Source: an uncultured Candidatus Saccharibacteria bacterium
Lineage (GTDB): Bacteria; Patescibacteriota; Minisyncoccia; 2-02-FULL-40-12; GWA2-44-9
Assembly (NCBI GenBank): GCA_964513645.1
Contig: CAZENF010000002.1
Coordinates: 73,409 to 137,408, forward strand
Length of the DNA stretch: 64,000 nucleotides
Reading direction: 5' to 3'
The position numbers and the translations under genes are program-made. Positions 28,457-36,865 of the stretch are shown in pieces; position 1 is the first letter of the stretch; the number at the start of each line of letters is the position of its first letter. The notes beneath the pieces were generated by a model. The model did not search any database. It had not been told where the DNA came from and saw nothing but the letters and a program-made list of their open reading frames with translations.

Positions 28457-29728
28457 TTAGTTCTCCATTAAATCTGGGTCGAAAGAACAAAATACTTTAA
28501 GATTTTGGCCGTAATAAGTTGGTATATCCGAAGTTCCACCAAGTTGAGAATCAGCTTTCAAGTACGCTCGGCTTCTTGTCTCTGTATTTAAAAGCTGAGC
28601 ACGAAGATTCTTTCTTGCTTTAATTGAATCGTTCAGGCCAAACACATAATCTGCGCAGTTTGCAGATTTTTCTTCATTCATATCGTTCACCAATGAAAGA
28701 TCTTTACTACTGGCATCAACAAGAAATTGCTGACTTGGTTTCACATACTGTATTAGTGCCGCTCGTCTCTTCGCAGAATCAAGATAATTTAGAACTATCC
28801 ATCTCTGGAGGTCGTCCCTAACTCCATCGCCATCAGAATCAATTCCTTGAAGGGTTACCTTGCCAGCATCTCCCGGGTCAACCGGAATCGGCTGGTCAAA
28901 TGTCACAACCGTTATCGGTAACGGCATAGAATATGTTCCATTATTGCCTGTCTTGTTTTTTAGCTGAAGCGTACCGGAATATCTGGTATTAACCGTATTC
29001 GGCACACGATAAGTTAGCGTGACCTGATAAGTATTGCCCTTGGTAATCGTCGAAAAACCCGCCGGACTGAAGGAAACAATCTCCTTCAATGACGGAGTAA
29101 GAAAGAAAGCGACATTACTTAAATTTTGATTGGCAGCAAACTTAACCACCACTTGAGAATATCCGTTCGGCATAAGAATTTCTGTATCTTGAGACGGGTT
29201 CCAGACTATCGGAAAACCACCATCTCCAAAAAGTAATTTTGTACCCATAAGGGTAATTACTAAGACCATGGATAGCACGACAAACCAGGGGGAACGGAGG
29301 ATTTTCATGCTCAACAACCCCGTTGTAAAAGAAGAGGCATGCCTTGGCATGCCGTCGATAGAATACGATAAAGATTGGTCCTTGTCAATGATAGAGTTGC
29401 TTTGTTTATCTTGCCCTGATTTGTCGCGATTTTTGAAATAATTTATTACTGAAATTATCAGATAAGCATACAGAGTCTGACCGATGAAAGGTAGAAAAAT
29501 AAATATATAGACAAGGGAAGGCGGTAAGTCTTTTTGGGATACCAATAAAGCGGCCAATAAAAATTGTAGGGATAAGTAACCCAAATTTAAAATTCCGAAA
29601 AATACAAAAAACACTGCACTCGTTCTGGTTATGACCTGACTTCCCCAAACAGAAAAAATGGTCATGCCTAACCCTAATACTATCGAGTAGAGAAATTTTT
29701 TCTTGGTAAATTTAAAAAAATCGAACAT
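28457..29728 (-). CDS. Membrane protein with GIDSDGDGVRDD domain
   Basis: N-terminal TM bundle, a second hydrophobic segment, an Ig-like region and the DPG.AGKVTLQGIDSDGDGVRDD motif. Confidence 0.7.
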   Translation of the reverse strand: MFDFFKFTKKKFLYSIVLGLGMTIFSVWGSQVITRTSAVFFVFFGILNLGYLSLQFLLAALLVSQKDLPPSLVYIFIFLPFIGQTLYAYLIISVINYFKNRDKSGQDKQSNSIIDKDQSLSYSIDGMPRHASSFTTGLLSMKILRSPWFVVLSMVLVITLMGTKLLFGDGGFPIVWNPSQDTEILMPNGYSQVVVKFAANQNLSNVAFFLTPSLKEIVSFSPAGFSTITKGNTYQVTLTYRVPNTVNTRYSGTLQLKNKTGNNGTYSMPLPITVVTFDQPIPVDPGDAGKVTLQGIDSDGDGVRDDLQRWIVLNYLDSAKRRAALIQYVKPSQQFLVDASSKDLSLVNDMNEEKSANCADYVFGLNDSIKARKNLRAQLLNTETRSRAYLKADSQLGGTSDIPTYYGQNLKVFCSFDPDLMEN

Positions 29729-29744
29729 ATCCTCAAAAACTCAA

Positions 29745-30266
29745 TTAATTACCAAGGTGCTTATTAAATCTCTCTTGGATGAGATAGATTGCGACAGAGG
29801 AAATAAAAACCAGCCAAAACATAACAATATAAAACTCTGTTTCAGTATGATGATTATAAAAATAGGTAGAAACTTGGAGGGCTAACTGCAAAGCCAAAAC
29901 AACTGTCGCCACAAAATAAGGGATGAGGACTACTGCATATTTTTGGCGATTCTCACCCATATAGACATTTGCGGTTATGGAGATGGCAAGTAAGGGCGAA
30001 ATCACTATGGCATGTAAGCCAATCGTTGCCAAATTATCAAAATAATTATATTCATTCGCCCCAACAAAAACTCTGGCCAGGTCATACAAAACTCTTTCTC
30101 CCAAAGCGAGTATCACCAAAAATAAAAGGCCGATTATAAAACCGTTTGAGGGCGTGATTTTATAATGCCAAAAGTTTTCATTTCCCTGACCACTCGAACT
30201 GCCGGTGGTTTTGCCCACAGTTCCCATAAAAATTAATACACCCACAAAAATAATAAATCCTATCAT
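29745..30266 (-). CDS. Hypothetical integral membrane protein
   Basis: About 5 TM helices; VLIPYF motif shared with the next gene. Confidence 0.75.
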   Translation of the reverse strand: MIGFIIFVGVLIFMGTVGKTTGSSSGQGNENFWHYKITPSNGFIIGLLFLVILALGERVLYDLARVFVGANEYNYFDNLATIGLHAIVISPLLAISITANVYMGENRQKYAVVLIPYFVATVVLALQLALQVSTYFYNHHTETEFYIVMFWLVFISSVAIYLIQERFNKHLGN

Positions 30267-30270
30267 ATTT

Positions 30271-30957
30271 TTATTTATTTATATTTCTATAACGTTGAAT
30301 TGCCCAGACTACCCCGGTTAAAACAACCCCCATCAGAATTAAAACAAAATAAACCCCGAAAGTAGCGTTAGCGTTTAAGAGTACCAGTCCAACCTGAAAT
30401 AGTAGCCAAATTAAAAGCCAGCCTGAGGTTATGTAATACGGGAGGAGAAGAACCATCAGTCTTTCTTTTTTCTCCCTGTAAAAATAATACATTAAAAATG
30501 TAATGAACCAGAAAGGCACGACGATTAAGGCATCTACCGTCAGTCTGGTGGTGATATTATCACTAGCGTGGCCAGGAATGTCACCGTAGTAACTGGAATA
30601 TCCGGGGACAAAATAATTCACCGCATCGTCAATCGTTTTATTCATCAGGATTGCCAGGGAGATGAATAAAAGGATAGCCAAGATAAGTGAGTATGGAGAA
30701 GTTGTTTTAGGTCTCGAAACGGTCGCTTTTTTAGATTCCGCCGGCTTCATCTCACCCGGACTTACCGAAGAAGTTCCAGGAGTCAAAGGTTGAGGGATTG
30801 GTACTCCTGACATGTTCTCGAGGTTTATAAAATCAAAAGCGCCCTTAATCTGTTGTTCTTGCCAACCATTACCCAAGAGAACTTCCTTGATCGTTTCATC
30901 GGAAGCTCCCTGAGCCCGGGAATTCTTAATATAATTAACGAGATTTTTATCAGTCAT
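30271..30957 (-). CDS. Hypothetical membrane protein with CPR-type N-terminal helical domain
   Basis: LVNYIK..R.QG.SDETIK.VL...GW followed by 4 TM helices with LLLPYY. Confidence 0.75.
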   Translation of the reverse strand: MTDKNLVNYIKNSRAQGASDETIKEVLLGNGWQEQQIKGAFDFINLENMSGVPIPQPLTPGTSSVSPGEMKPAESKKATVSRPKTTSPYSLILAILLFISLAILMNKTIDDAVNYFVPGYSSYYGDIPGHASDNITTRLTVDALIVVPFWFITFLMYYFYREKKERLMVLLLPYYITSGWLLIWLLFQVGLVLLNANATFGVYFVLILMGVVLTGVVWAIQRYRNINK

Positions 30958-31005
30958 AATAACTATATAATCCTATCACTTTAAAAAATAACCCTAAATA
31001 CATTA

Positions 31006-31905
31006 TCAACAAGATACCAGCCACTTCTTATACTTCCCGACCTGACCTCTCACTATCTTACCGTACTCTGAACTTATTTTCATAGTTACCGGGCCAGGAA
31101 TGCCTAAACCGATTTTGCGGCTGTCTAATTTAACGATCGGAGTTACTTCAACTGCCGTACCGGTAAAAAAAATCTCCTCCGCGTTTTTTAATTCCCCGGG
31201 TTTTATCTTTTTCTCAATCGTTCTTATTTCTAAATCTTTGGCTATCTTTATAACACTGTCACGGGTAATGCCGGGGAGGATTGAGCCCAGAGATGGTGTG
31301 AAAAGTTTGGAATTTTTAACCATGAAAACATTCTCACCTGCCCCCTCAGCCACATAACCCTCTTCATCAAGCAGGATTGCTTCGTCCGCTCCTTTTTTCT
31401 TTGCTTCGGCAGATGCTATTATCGAATTGACATAGTAGCCGGAAATCTTCGCCTCCATCGGAACAGCTTTGGGACTTAGCCGACGATGTTTAGCAATTGC
31501 GACCGACAAATTTCTATGGCCATAGAGCGCGCCCCAGGGCCAAGCAATTATCGCCACGTCAACTTTAGAACCTGCCACATCAAGATCTATCCGGTCATAA
31601 CCTGAAAAAGCGACCGGACGGATGTAGCACTCCGTCAGACCGTTTGATTTAATCGTGGCAAGGATGGCTTTTTTAATTTGTTCGCGTGAAAAAGGTATTT
31701 TTATCCCGAGATATCCGGCTGAATTAAAAAATCTTTTGACGTGATCATCGAGCCGAAATACCGATCCCCCGTTGCCAGTCCGGTAACACCTGATGCCTTC
31801 AAAAATTCCGGTCCCGTAATGCAGCGCATGCGTTAAAACATGGACCTTGGCCTTGTCCGAAGGAACGAGATTGCCGTTGAACCAAATTTTCTTAACTTTT
31901 AGCAC
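31006..31905 (-). CDS. ilvE: Branched-chain amino acid aminotransferase
   Basis: HALHYGTGIFEGIR, YIRP, AKISG.YVNS (PLP Lys), EGAGEN, LPGITR and FTGTA. Confidence 0.95.
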   Translation of the reverse strand: MLKVKKIWFNGNLVPSDKAKVHVLTHALHYGTGIFEGIRCYRTGNGGSVFRLDDHVKRFFNSAGYLGIKIPFSREQIKKAILATIKSNGLTECYIRPVAFSGYDRIDLDVAGSKVDVAIIAWPWGALYGHRNLSVAIAKHRRLSPKAVPMEAKISGYYVNSIIASAEAKKKGADEAILLDEEGYVAEGAGENVFMVKNSKLFTPSLGSILPGITRDSVIKIAKDLEIRTIEKKIKPGELKNAEEIFFTGTAVEVTPIVKLDSRKIGLGIPGPVTMKISSEYGKIVRGQVGKYKKWLVSC

Positions 31906-31991
31906 GTATTTACTATATCATCAATTTATGCTAAATTATACCGAGGTTCTACGATATATCTATGTCGTCCGGAACCTCGTTAATTCAATAA

Positions 31992-32504
31992 ATGGAAAAA
32001 CATCTCAGAATAAATGCCCAGATACGCATCCCTGAAGTCCAGTTAATCGACGACAAGGGTGCTCAATTGGGTACAATGTCGACGTTCGACGCCATGCGCT
32101 TGGCCCATGAAAAAGGCTTAGATTTGGTAGAGGTTGGGCCTCAAATGAAGCCCCCCATTGCCAAAATCATGGATTATGGTAAATATATGTACCGCAAAGA
32201 GAAGCAGGAGCGCAGTCAAACCAGGCAAAAAGACCAGGAGATGAAAACCGTTCGCGTCGGTTTCAAAACCGGTGAGCACGATCTCAAATTCAAATCCGAA
32301 CAGATAGACGAGTTCCTCAAAGACAACCGTCCGGTCAAAGTAGAGCTGACGTTAAGAGGTAGAGAGAAAGGTCTGGCAGGAATGGGTAAACAAAAATTAG
32401 AGAACTTTCTCAAACTTATCGCCGAATCGTATTCTGTCAGTAATCCTATCTCAAAGTCCCCTTACGGCTGGATAATCGTAATTAGAAAAGATAAGAAAAA
32501 ATAA
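31992..32504 (+). CDS. infC: Translation initiation factor IF-3
   Basis: RINAQIR, LDLVEV, PPIAKIMDYGKY and RGRE. Confidence 0.96.
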   Translation: MEKHLRINAQIRIPEVQLIDDKGAQLGTMSTFDAMRLAHEKGLDLVEVGPQMKPPIAKIMDYGKYMYRKEKQERSQTRQKDQEMKTVRVGFKTGEHDLKFKSEQIDEFLKDNRPVKVELTLRGREKGLAGMGKQKLENFLKLIAESYSVSNPISKSPYGWIIVIRKDKKK

Positions 32505-32514
32505 AATTTAAACT

Positions 32515-32715
32515 ATGAAAAGCGCAAGCGATAAAACAAATAAATCATTGGCGAAAAGAATAAAGATAACCGGCAGCGGGAAGATTATGAAGCGTCCGCC
32601 GGGACAGAATCATTTTAACGCCAAAGATTCAGGTTCAAAAGGCCGCAGAAAGCACGGTTTTGTTCAGGCACCCAACGAATTGGACAGAAAAGTAAAAGCT
32701 TTAATTTTCAACTAA
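32515..32715 (+). CDS. rpmI: 50S ribosomal protein L35
   Basis: KTNKSLAKRIKITGSGK; position in infC-rpmI-rplT. Confidence 0.93.
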   Translation: MKSASDKTNKSLAKRIKITGSGKIMKRPPGQNHFNAKDSGSKGRRKHGFVQAPNELDRKVKALIFN

Positions 32716-32716
32716 T

Positions 32717-33055
32717 ATGGCACGAGTAAAAAGAGGGGTAAAACAACACGCAAGAAAGAAAAGACTCTTGGAAAATACCAAGGGTTTTAAGTGGCGCCGT
32801 AAGACCCATTACCGAGCTGCCAAAGAAGCAATGCTTCATGCCTGGTCATTCCAGTTCGCCGACAGAAAGAAAAAGAAACGTGACTTCCGCCGGCTGTGGA
32901 ACGTCAAGATAAACGCCGCCGCCAGAGAGAACGGACTAAGTTATTCGAAACTTATCAATAAACTCAAACAGGCCCAGATAGAACTCGACCGGAAGATGCT
33001 TTCACACCTCGCTGAAGTGCATCCGGAAGTTTTCAAAAAAGTTATCTCCCAATAA
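32717..33055 (+). CDS. rplT: 50S ribosomal protein L20
   Basis: MARVKRG, KKRDFRRLW, INAAAR and LDRKML. Confidence 0.97.
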   Translation: MARVKRGVKQHARKKRLLENTKGFKWRRKTHYRAAKEAMLHAWSFQFADRKKKKRDFRRLWNVKINAAARENGLSYSKLINKLKQAQIELDRKMLSHLAEVHPEVFKKVISQ

Positions 33056-33078
33056 AAATCCCCTCTCGGGGATTTTTA
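33055..33078. terminator. Bidirectional terminator
   Basis: AAAAATCCCC-TCTC-GGGGATTTTT. Confidence 0.75.
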
Positions 33079-33079
33079 T

Positions 33080-33304
33080 TTATTGTTCGAGTTTTCGTAT
33101 TTCTTCTTCTATCTTCTCGAGCTGTTCAGCATCGTCCGGATGAGACTCTGTACTCATTCCTGTTTCGACCTGGGCCTTCCAATCTCTAAGCTCGGCCAGT
33201 CTTTTTTCTTTATCCTCGGGTGTCATCTCTTCGACGCTGGGAGTCAGCTGGGTATTATCATCCGCCGCCTCACTGCCGAACATATTTTTAAATGGGTTTT
33301 CCAT
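33080..33304 (-). CDS. Small acidic coiled-coil hypothetical protein
   Basis: 74-aa ORF with plausible composition. Confidence 0.6.
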   Translation of the reverse strand: MENPFKNMFGSEAADDNTQLTPSVEEMTPEDKEKRLAELRDWKAQVETGMSTESHPDDAEQLEKIEEEIRKLEQ

Positions 33305-33413
33305 CCCGTACGAAGTAGCCCTTGCAGGGTCTGAAGGTCAAATATTTGCCATTCACATCCACACAAGAACCCAATAACTACCCCGTCCAAAGTTTTCACT
33401 ACTTCGTACGGGA
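33304..33413. mobile_element. 110-bp TIR mini-element at a start codon
   Basis: TCCCGTACGAAGTAG...CTACTTCGTACGGGA, flanked by TCCA direct repeats (33300-33303, 33414-33417). TIR related to 4168-4232. Confidence 0.8.
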
Positions 33414-33510
33414 TCCATACACTAATTTTATCAAATTAATCCGGAGCGCAAACTTTTTTTGTTCACAACTCTATTCAAAATAAAAAGCCGACAAATTGTC
33501 AGCTAATATC

Positions 33511-33903
33511 TTATGGATTCACTAATTGGAAATTCCCGCTACCAACAGTGAAGATTTGAGCGTTATCCTGAAGTACTATCTGGTAAACTCCCGGCAACAA
33601 AGAAATGTTCTGCAGAGTCGAGCCAGCGGTCCAGGTCTTAGTATCCGTGAATAGTGCGTTAGTTGAGATTAGGTAAGCGTTATAACCGTCATAAACGTAA
33701 ACATTCACAAAATCCCCGGTCGGAAAACCGGTACAGCCGGAACAGGTCCAGCTTATAATTACCGAAGCGCCCATTCTGTAAGTTTCGCCTGCCAGAGGAC
33801 TGCTTATCGTCATTGTTCCGGACGGTGAAGGTGAAGTAGGAGATTTGGAACAACCAAGAAAGAACAGACTATTTAAAAGAACAAAAACTGTAAAAGCTTT
33901 CAC
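33511..33903 (-). CDS. Putative lipoprotein with Ig-like domain
   Basis: FLGC lipobox, S/P linker and ISSP..GE...ISW beta-sandwich pattern. Confidence 0.7.
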   Translation of the reverse strand: MKAFTVFVLLNSLFFLGCSKSPTSPSPSGTMTISSPLAGETYRMGASVIISWTCSGCTGFPTGDFVNVYVYDGYNAYLISTNALFTDTKTWTAGSTLQNISLLPGVYQIVLQDNAQIFTVGSGNFQLVNP

Positions 33904-34007
33904 ATTTTTCCATACATATGAAAGTGGCGATATATTAGCATTCTGGACGGAGGATGTCTATAAATTAAAAGGTGCGGGAGTTCCCGCACCAAAAAGAATC
34001 GTGAAAA

Positions 34008-34367
34008 TTATAACCCTCTAAACTGGAGCAAATTCTGAGCATCTGCTCGTAACAGGATCTCTTTAACTTCTTTAACTTGTTTTACAACTTTACGACGGAA
34101 GAAAAGTCCAAATTTCTCGATAACTTCACGGGTTTGAAAAACAATCAGACTCGGCCCTTCTGGGATTATTCTGACCTTATCCATTCCCTTATCGATACCA
34201 CAATCCACACTTGCACCAAGAGTGACCGAAGCGTAAATGTCGACAGAATCACCCGTTTCCGCGTCTCCGTAGACTATGGTAATACCATGACCCATCGCGG
34301 CTGATGAAAAAGGAAACATAAGCAATATCGGATATGACTTTTCGCCGGTTCCAAGCTGGGTATTCAT
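34008..34367 (-). CDS. Hypothetical protein
   Basis: 119-aa ORF with AGGAG upstream and a terminator-like hairpin at about 33970-33992. Confidence 0.6.
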   Translation of the reverse strand: MNTQLGTGEKSYPILLMFPFSSAAMGHGITIVYGDAETGDSVDIYASVTLGASVDCGIDKGMDKVRIIPEGPSLIVFQTREVIEKFGLFFRRKVVKQVKEVKEILLRADAQNLLQFRGL

Positions 34368-34470
34368 TCTCCGCTTCTCCTTTAAAGGATCTGACTGGTT
34401 ACATTTATATAATATAATAGAAATAATGTCAATAGGCCTGCGCTATTCTTTGAGAATTAAAACGCCGGAA

Positions 34471-34683
34471 TTATCCAGCGTTTCTTTTCTTGATCCTATT
34501 GAAAACATATTTAAGAACAGATCGGATGACCAAGGTCCAATATACAACCGTAAATCCGATAAGCAGGATTGGATCGTTTTCCCTAAATGCGATTAAAAAA
34601 TAAGGTCCTCCAAAGACCATGTACACAACAATCACCGATAGAGGAGCTGGCAAAGTGTGTAGCCAGTCCAAAAAGCGGCTCAT
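34471..34683 (-). CDS. Small 2-TM hypothetical protein
   Basis: GAGGA upstream, two hydrophobic helices and a basic tail. Confidence 0.6.
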   Translation of the reverse strand: MSRFLDWLHTLPAPLSVIVVYMVFGGPYFLIAFRENDPILLIGFTVVYWTLVIRSVLKYVFNRIKKRNAG

Positions 34684-34754
34684 CTGATCCTCGCAATTTA
34701 AGTTAGCTTTAAGATTATAAAGGAATATGAGTTGTGTGTCAATGGATATGGCCG

Positions 34755-34863
34755 ACGGGATTTGGCTACAAGTTTGAATCTCATCGGATCACTCGACTCA
34801 ACTCGTGGCCTCTCACGGTTTAAATCTGCTGACCGAAACATCGCTTCGGTTTTAAAATCCCGT
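34755..34863 (-). repeat. Orphan copy of the tRNA-Leu-type mini-element
   Basis: ACGGGATTT/AAATCCCGT inverted ends. Minus strand shares AGCGATG, CAGCAGAT, CACGAG and TTGT(A/G)GCCAAATCC with 44552-44690. Confidence 0.6.
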
Positions 34864-35004
34864 ACGCAAGAACTCAAATCCTCGCTCGGAGCCCCCCCCC
34901 TCTCTAAAAGCAGAATCAAAACCACCCATTGCAGGTGGTTTTGATAGGATGCGCACCTCGGTCTACTGGCCTCGGTACTTCCTCACTCATCTTTCGGTCG
35001 CAGC

Positions 35005-35094
35005 GCCAATAGACCCGTCTTGACTCGGTCGATCCGAGGCGGACCCGTCTCGCCAAAGGCGAAGCCGAGGCGGAGAACACTGGAAAACTTTGTT
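35005..35094. repeat. Repeat module copy 1 with 61-nt insertion
   Basis: GCCAATAGA[61 nt]GAACACTGGAAAACTTTGTT. Confidence 0.85.
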
Positions 35095-35230
35095 ACTGGA
35101 TATCTATAGTTATTTTATCAGAAACCCGCAATTGTTGATAAATCATTGACATTTCATGCTATATTTGATAACATTGGTATACAAATGGCTTAGGCCTCGC
35201 CCCCGCCCTCAAAAGCGGGGGAGAACTTTT

Positions 35231-35635
35231 TTAGGGCTGTTTTTTCTTAAAATTTACCTGAGTAATTGCTTCAAACAAATTATTAAAGACATCTTCATCA
35301 AGTATGCCGACTTTATTGGCTAATCTTTTACGGTCTATAAACCTGACCTGCGACAAAATAGCTGTTGCCTCTCTGCCGTCAACTTCTCCCACAACAAAAT
35401 AATACTTACCCTTCTTTTTTGTTGTAGTTAGGGGCACAATAAGACAAGCGTCTAAGTTAAATTTCTTTATTATAACTACTGGCCTTTGAAAATCTTTACC
35501 TGTTCCGTCTTGTTCAAAACCAATATTGACTCCGAGCGAACACCACCAGACTTCCCTCTCGTGAAAAAATACCTCGCTTTTTCGAACATCAAGATTTTCT
35601 TTAATGCCATGCCACTTCTTAAAATCTTTATTCAT
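35231..35635 (-). CDS. PemK/MazF-family endoribonuclease (no protein antitoxin adjacent)
   Basis: EVWWCSLGVNIGFEQDG, RPVVII, VPLTT and SQVRFIDRKRL. The ORF-track extension to 35794 runs through repeat DNA. Confidence 0.9.
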   Translation of the reverse strand: MNKDFKKWHGIKENLDVRKSEVFFHEREVWWCSLGVNIGFEQDGTGKDFQRPVVIIKKFNLDACLIVPLTTTKKKGKYYFVVGEVDGREATAILSQVRFIDRKRLANKVGILDEDVFNNLFEAITQVNFKKKQP

Positions 35636-35680
35636 TCCGTTATTAAAACAAAAACTGGATTTAATTACCAGTTTTATCGG

Positions 35681-35824
35681 GCCAATAGACCCGTCTTGAC
35701 TCGGTCGATCCGAGGCGGACCCATCTCGCCAAAGGCCAGCTTCAACCCAATGAGACAAGCGAAGCCGAGGCGGAGAACACTGCCTGCCCGCCAAAGCCTT
35801 GGCGTAGGCGGGGAAAACTTTGTT
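35681..35824. repeat. Repeat module copy 2 with nested insertions
   Basis: Same core and near-identical 61-nt insert, plus a nested 24 nt (35737-35760) and a 30-nt element (35783-35812). Confidence 0.85.
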
Positions 35825-35937
35825 AATACGGATTCATACATATTGTATTAGAAATCCATTGAATATGCCAGAATTAACATTAATATCAAAACAGAAAACC
35901 TCGCACCAGAAAGACACGAGGTCTCCTATGTACGAGG

Positions 35938-36576
35938 TTATGAGTTGGAATGCTCCAGGTGTTCTGAGGCTACTTGGTACAGCCCTGATTCTTCATCGGC
36001 AACATGCTGAATCATGGCCCAATCGTTTTGGTCCAGCTTATTTTCGAAACGAAGGGCTTTTTGCAGAAAGGCTTCATTCTCTTCAAGATGCAAGCAGACA
36101 TCCTTATAATACATTCTGTTCGCCACTTGCATTAGCTCATTGACAGTCGTTGCCGACTTGATGGCCTTGAGCAATCGAGAGTCAGCCTCATCTTCGTTAT
36201 ACCTAGTCAAACGCTCTACAACCCAGCCGTAAAGGTATTTTGGCCAGATAATACTGTCCACCAAGAGGCCAACTGTGATGAAAATTACGCCCCAGAGGAC
36301 TTTGTGATTCTTGCAGAACTCGTCTAAGGCAGTGGCAACCTTGACGGTCATTTCTTGCTCTCGACTATTGATGGGATAGTGGACGGTCCTTTCTCCGAAA
36401 ACTTCTTTTTTGATACCCTTCTTTTTCAGAAGAGTGTCGCCAACCGTATCAAATTCTTCTTCACCAAACAACGCATCCATCAATGCACCCCAGCCCTTAA
36501 AAACAGATACTGTATGGGCTATGCCAATGAGAAAACTAACCAGAAGATACATCTCGATATACCACATAAAACACAC
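35938..36576 (-). CDS. Hypothetical membrane protein
   Basis: 212-aa ORF with two hydrophobic segments and GAGGGG upstream. Confidence 0.65.
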   Translation of the reverse strand: MCFMWYIEMYLLVSFLIGIAHTVSVFKGWGALMDALFGEEEFDTVGDTLLKKKGIKKEVFGERTVHYPINSREQEMTVKVATALDEFCKNHKVLWGVIFITVGLLVDSIIWPKYLYGWVVERLTRYNEDEADSRLLKAIKSATTVNELMQVANRMYYKDVCLHLEENEAFLQKALRFENKLDQNDWAMIQHVADEESGLYQVASEHLEHSNS

Positions 36577-36766
36577 CCCCTCAAAGAACTGATTATCTAT
36601 ATTATACCACTATTTTAAGTAATTACAATAGCAACCAAGAGACACTGTTTCTGGTGTTTTTTGTAAGTTAATTTTTCCATTCCCCTTGGCCCCCGCCAAA
36701 AATTAGTTTTCGGAAAACTTAAAAAATTAAAGTAATACCTTAATTCCTTGGTCATTTCATCCTGAC

Positions 36767-36796
36767 CCCGCCTGTGCCAAGGCTTTGGCGGGCAGG
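36767..36796 (-). repeat. 30-nt CCTGCCCGCCAAAGCCTTGGC..AGGCGGG palindromic element
   Basis: Reverse complement of 35783-35812 with 2 mismatches. Confidence 0.8.
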
Positions 36797-36813
36797 CATT
36801 CTCCTTGAGCAGG

Positions 36814-36842
36814 GCCAATAGAGAACACTGGAAAACTTTGTT
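36814..36842. repeat. Repeat module copy 3 (empty 29-bp core)
   Basis: GCCAATAGAGAACACTGGAAAACTTTGTT. The downstream TCTATAGTTATTTTAT is also shared with copy 1. Confidence 0.85.
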
Positions 36843-36865
36843 CCGGGAGCTCTATAGTTATTTTA

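Noticed and set aside
33080-33304. Pup/UBact-like modifier for the proteasome
   Set aside because: Small and acidic, but it lacks the C-terminal G-E/Q motif and is far from prcB.
33304-33418. TGA read-through (genetic code 25) making the insert coding
   Set aside because: TGA ends genuine genes here (e.g. ilvE at 31006 and the 46869 ORF), and long conserved genes have no internal TGA.
34892-34900. C9 tract as a phase-variation switch
   Set aside because: Not within a supported gene or promoter spacer.
34950-35100. SRP or 6S RNA call
   Set aside because: The SRP helix-8 consensus and the long 6S closing stem could not be matched, so it is kept only as an unnamed ncRNA candidate.
36615-36818. 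67-aa ORF
   Set aside because: It starts in the repeat core and crosses the 30-nt element; probably non-coding or decayed.
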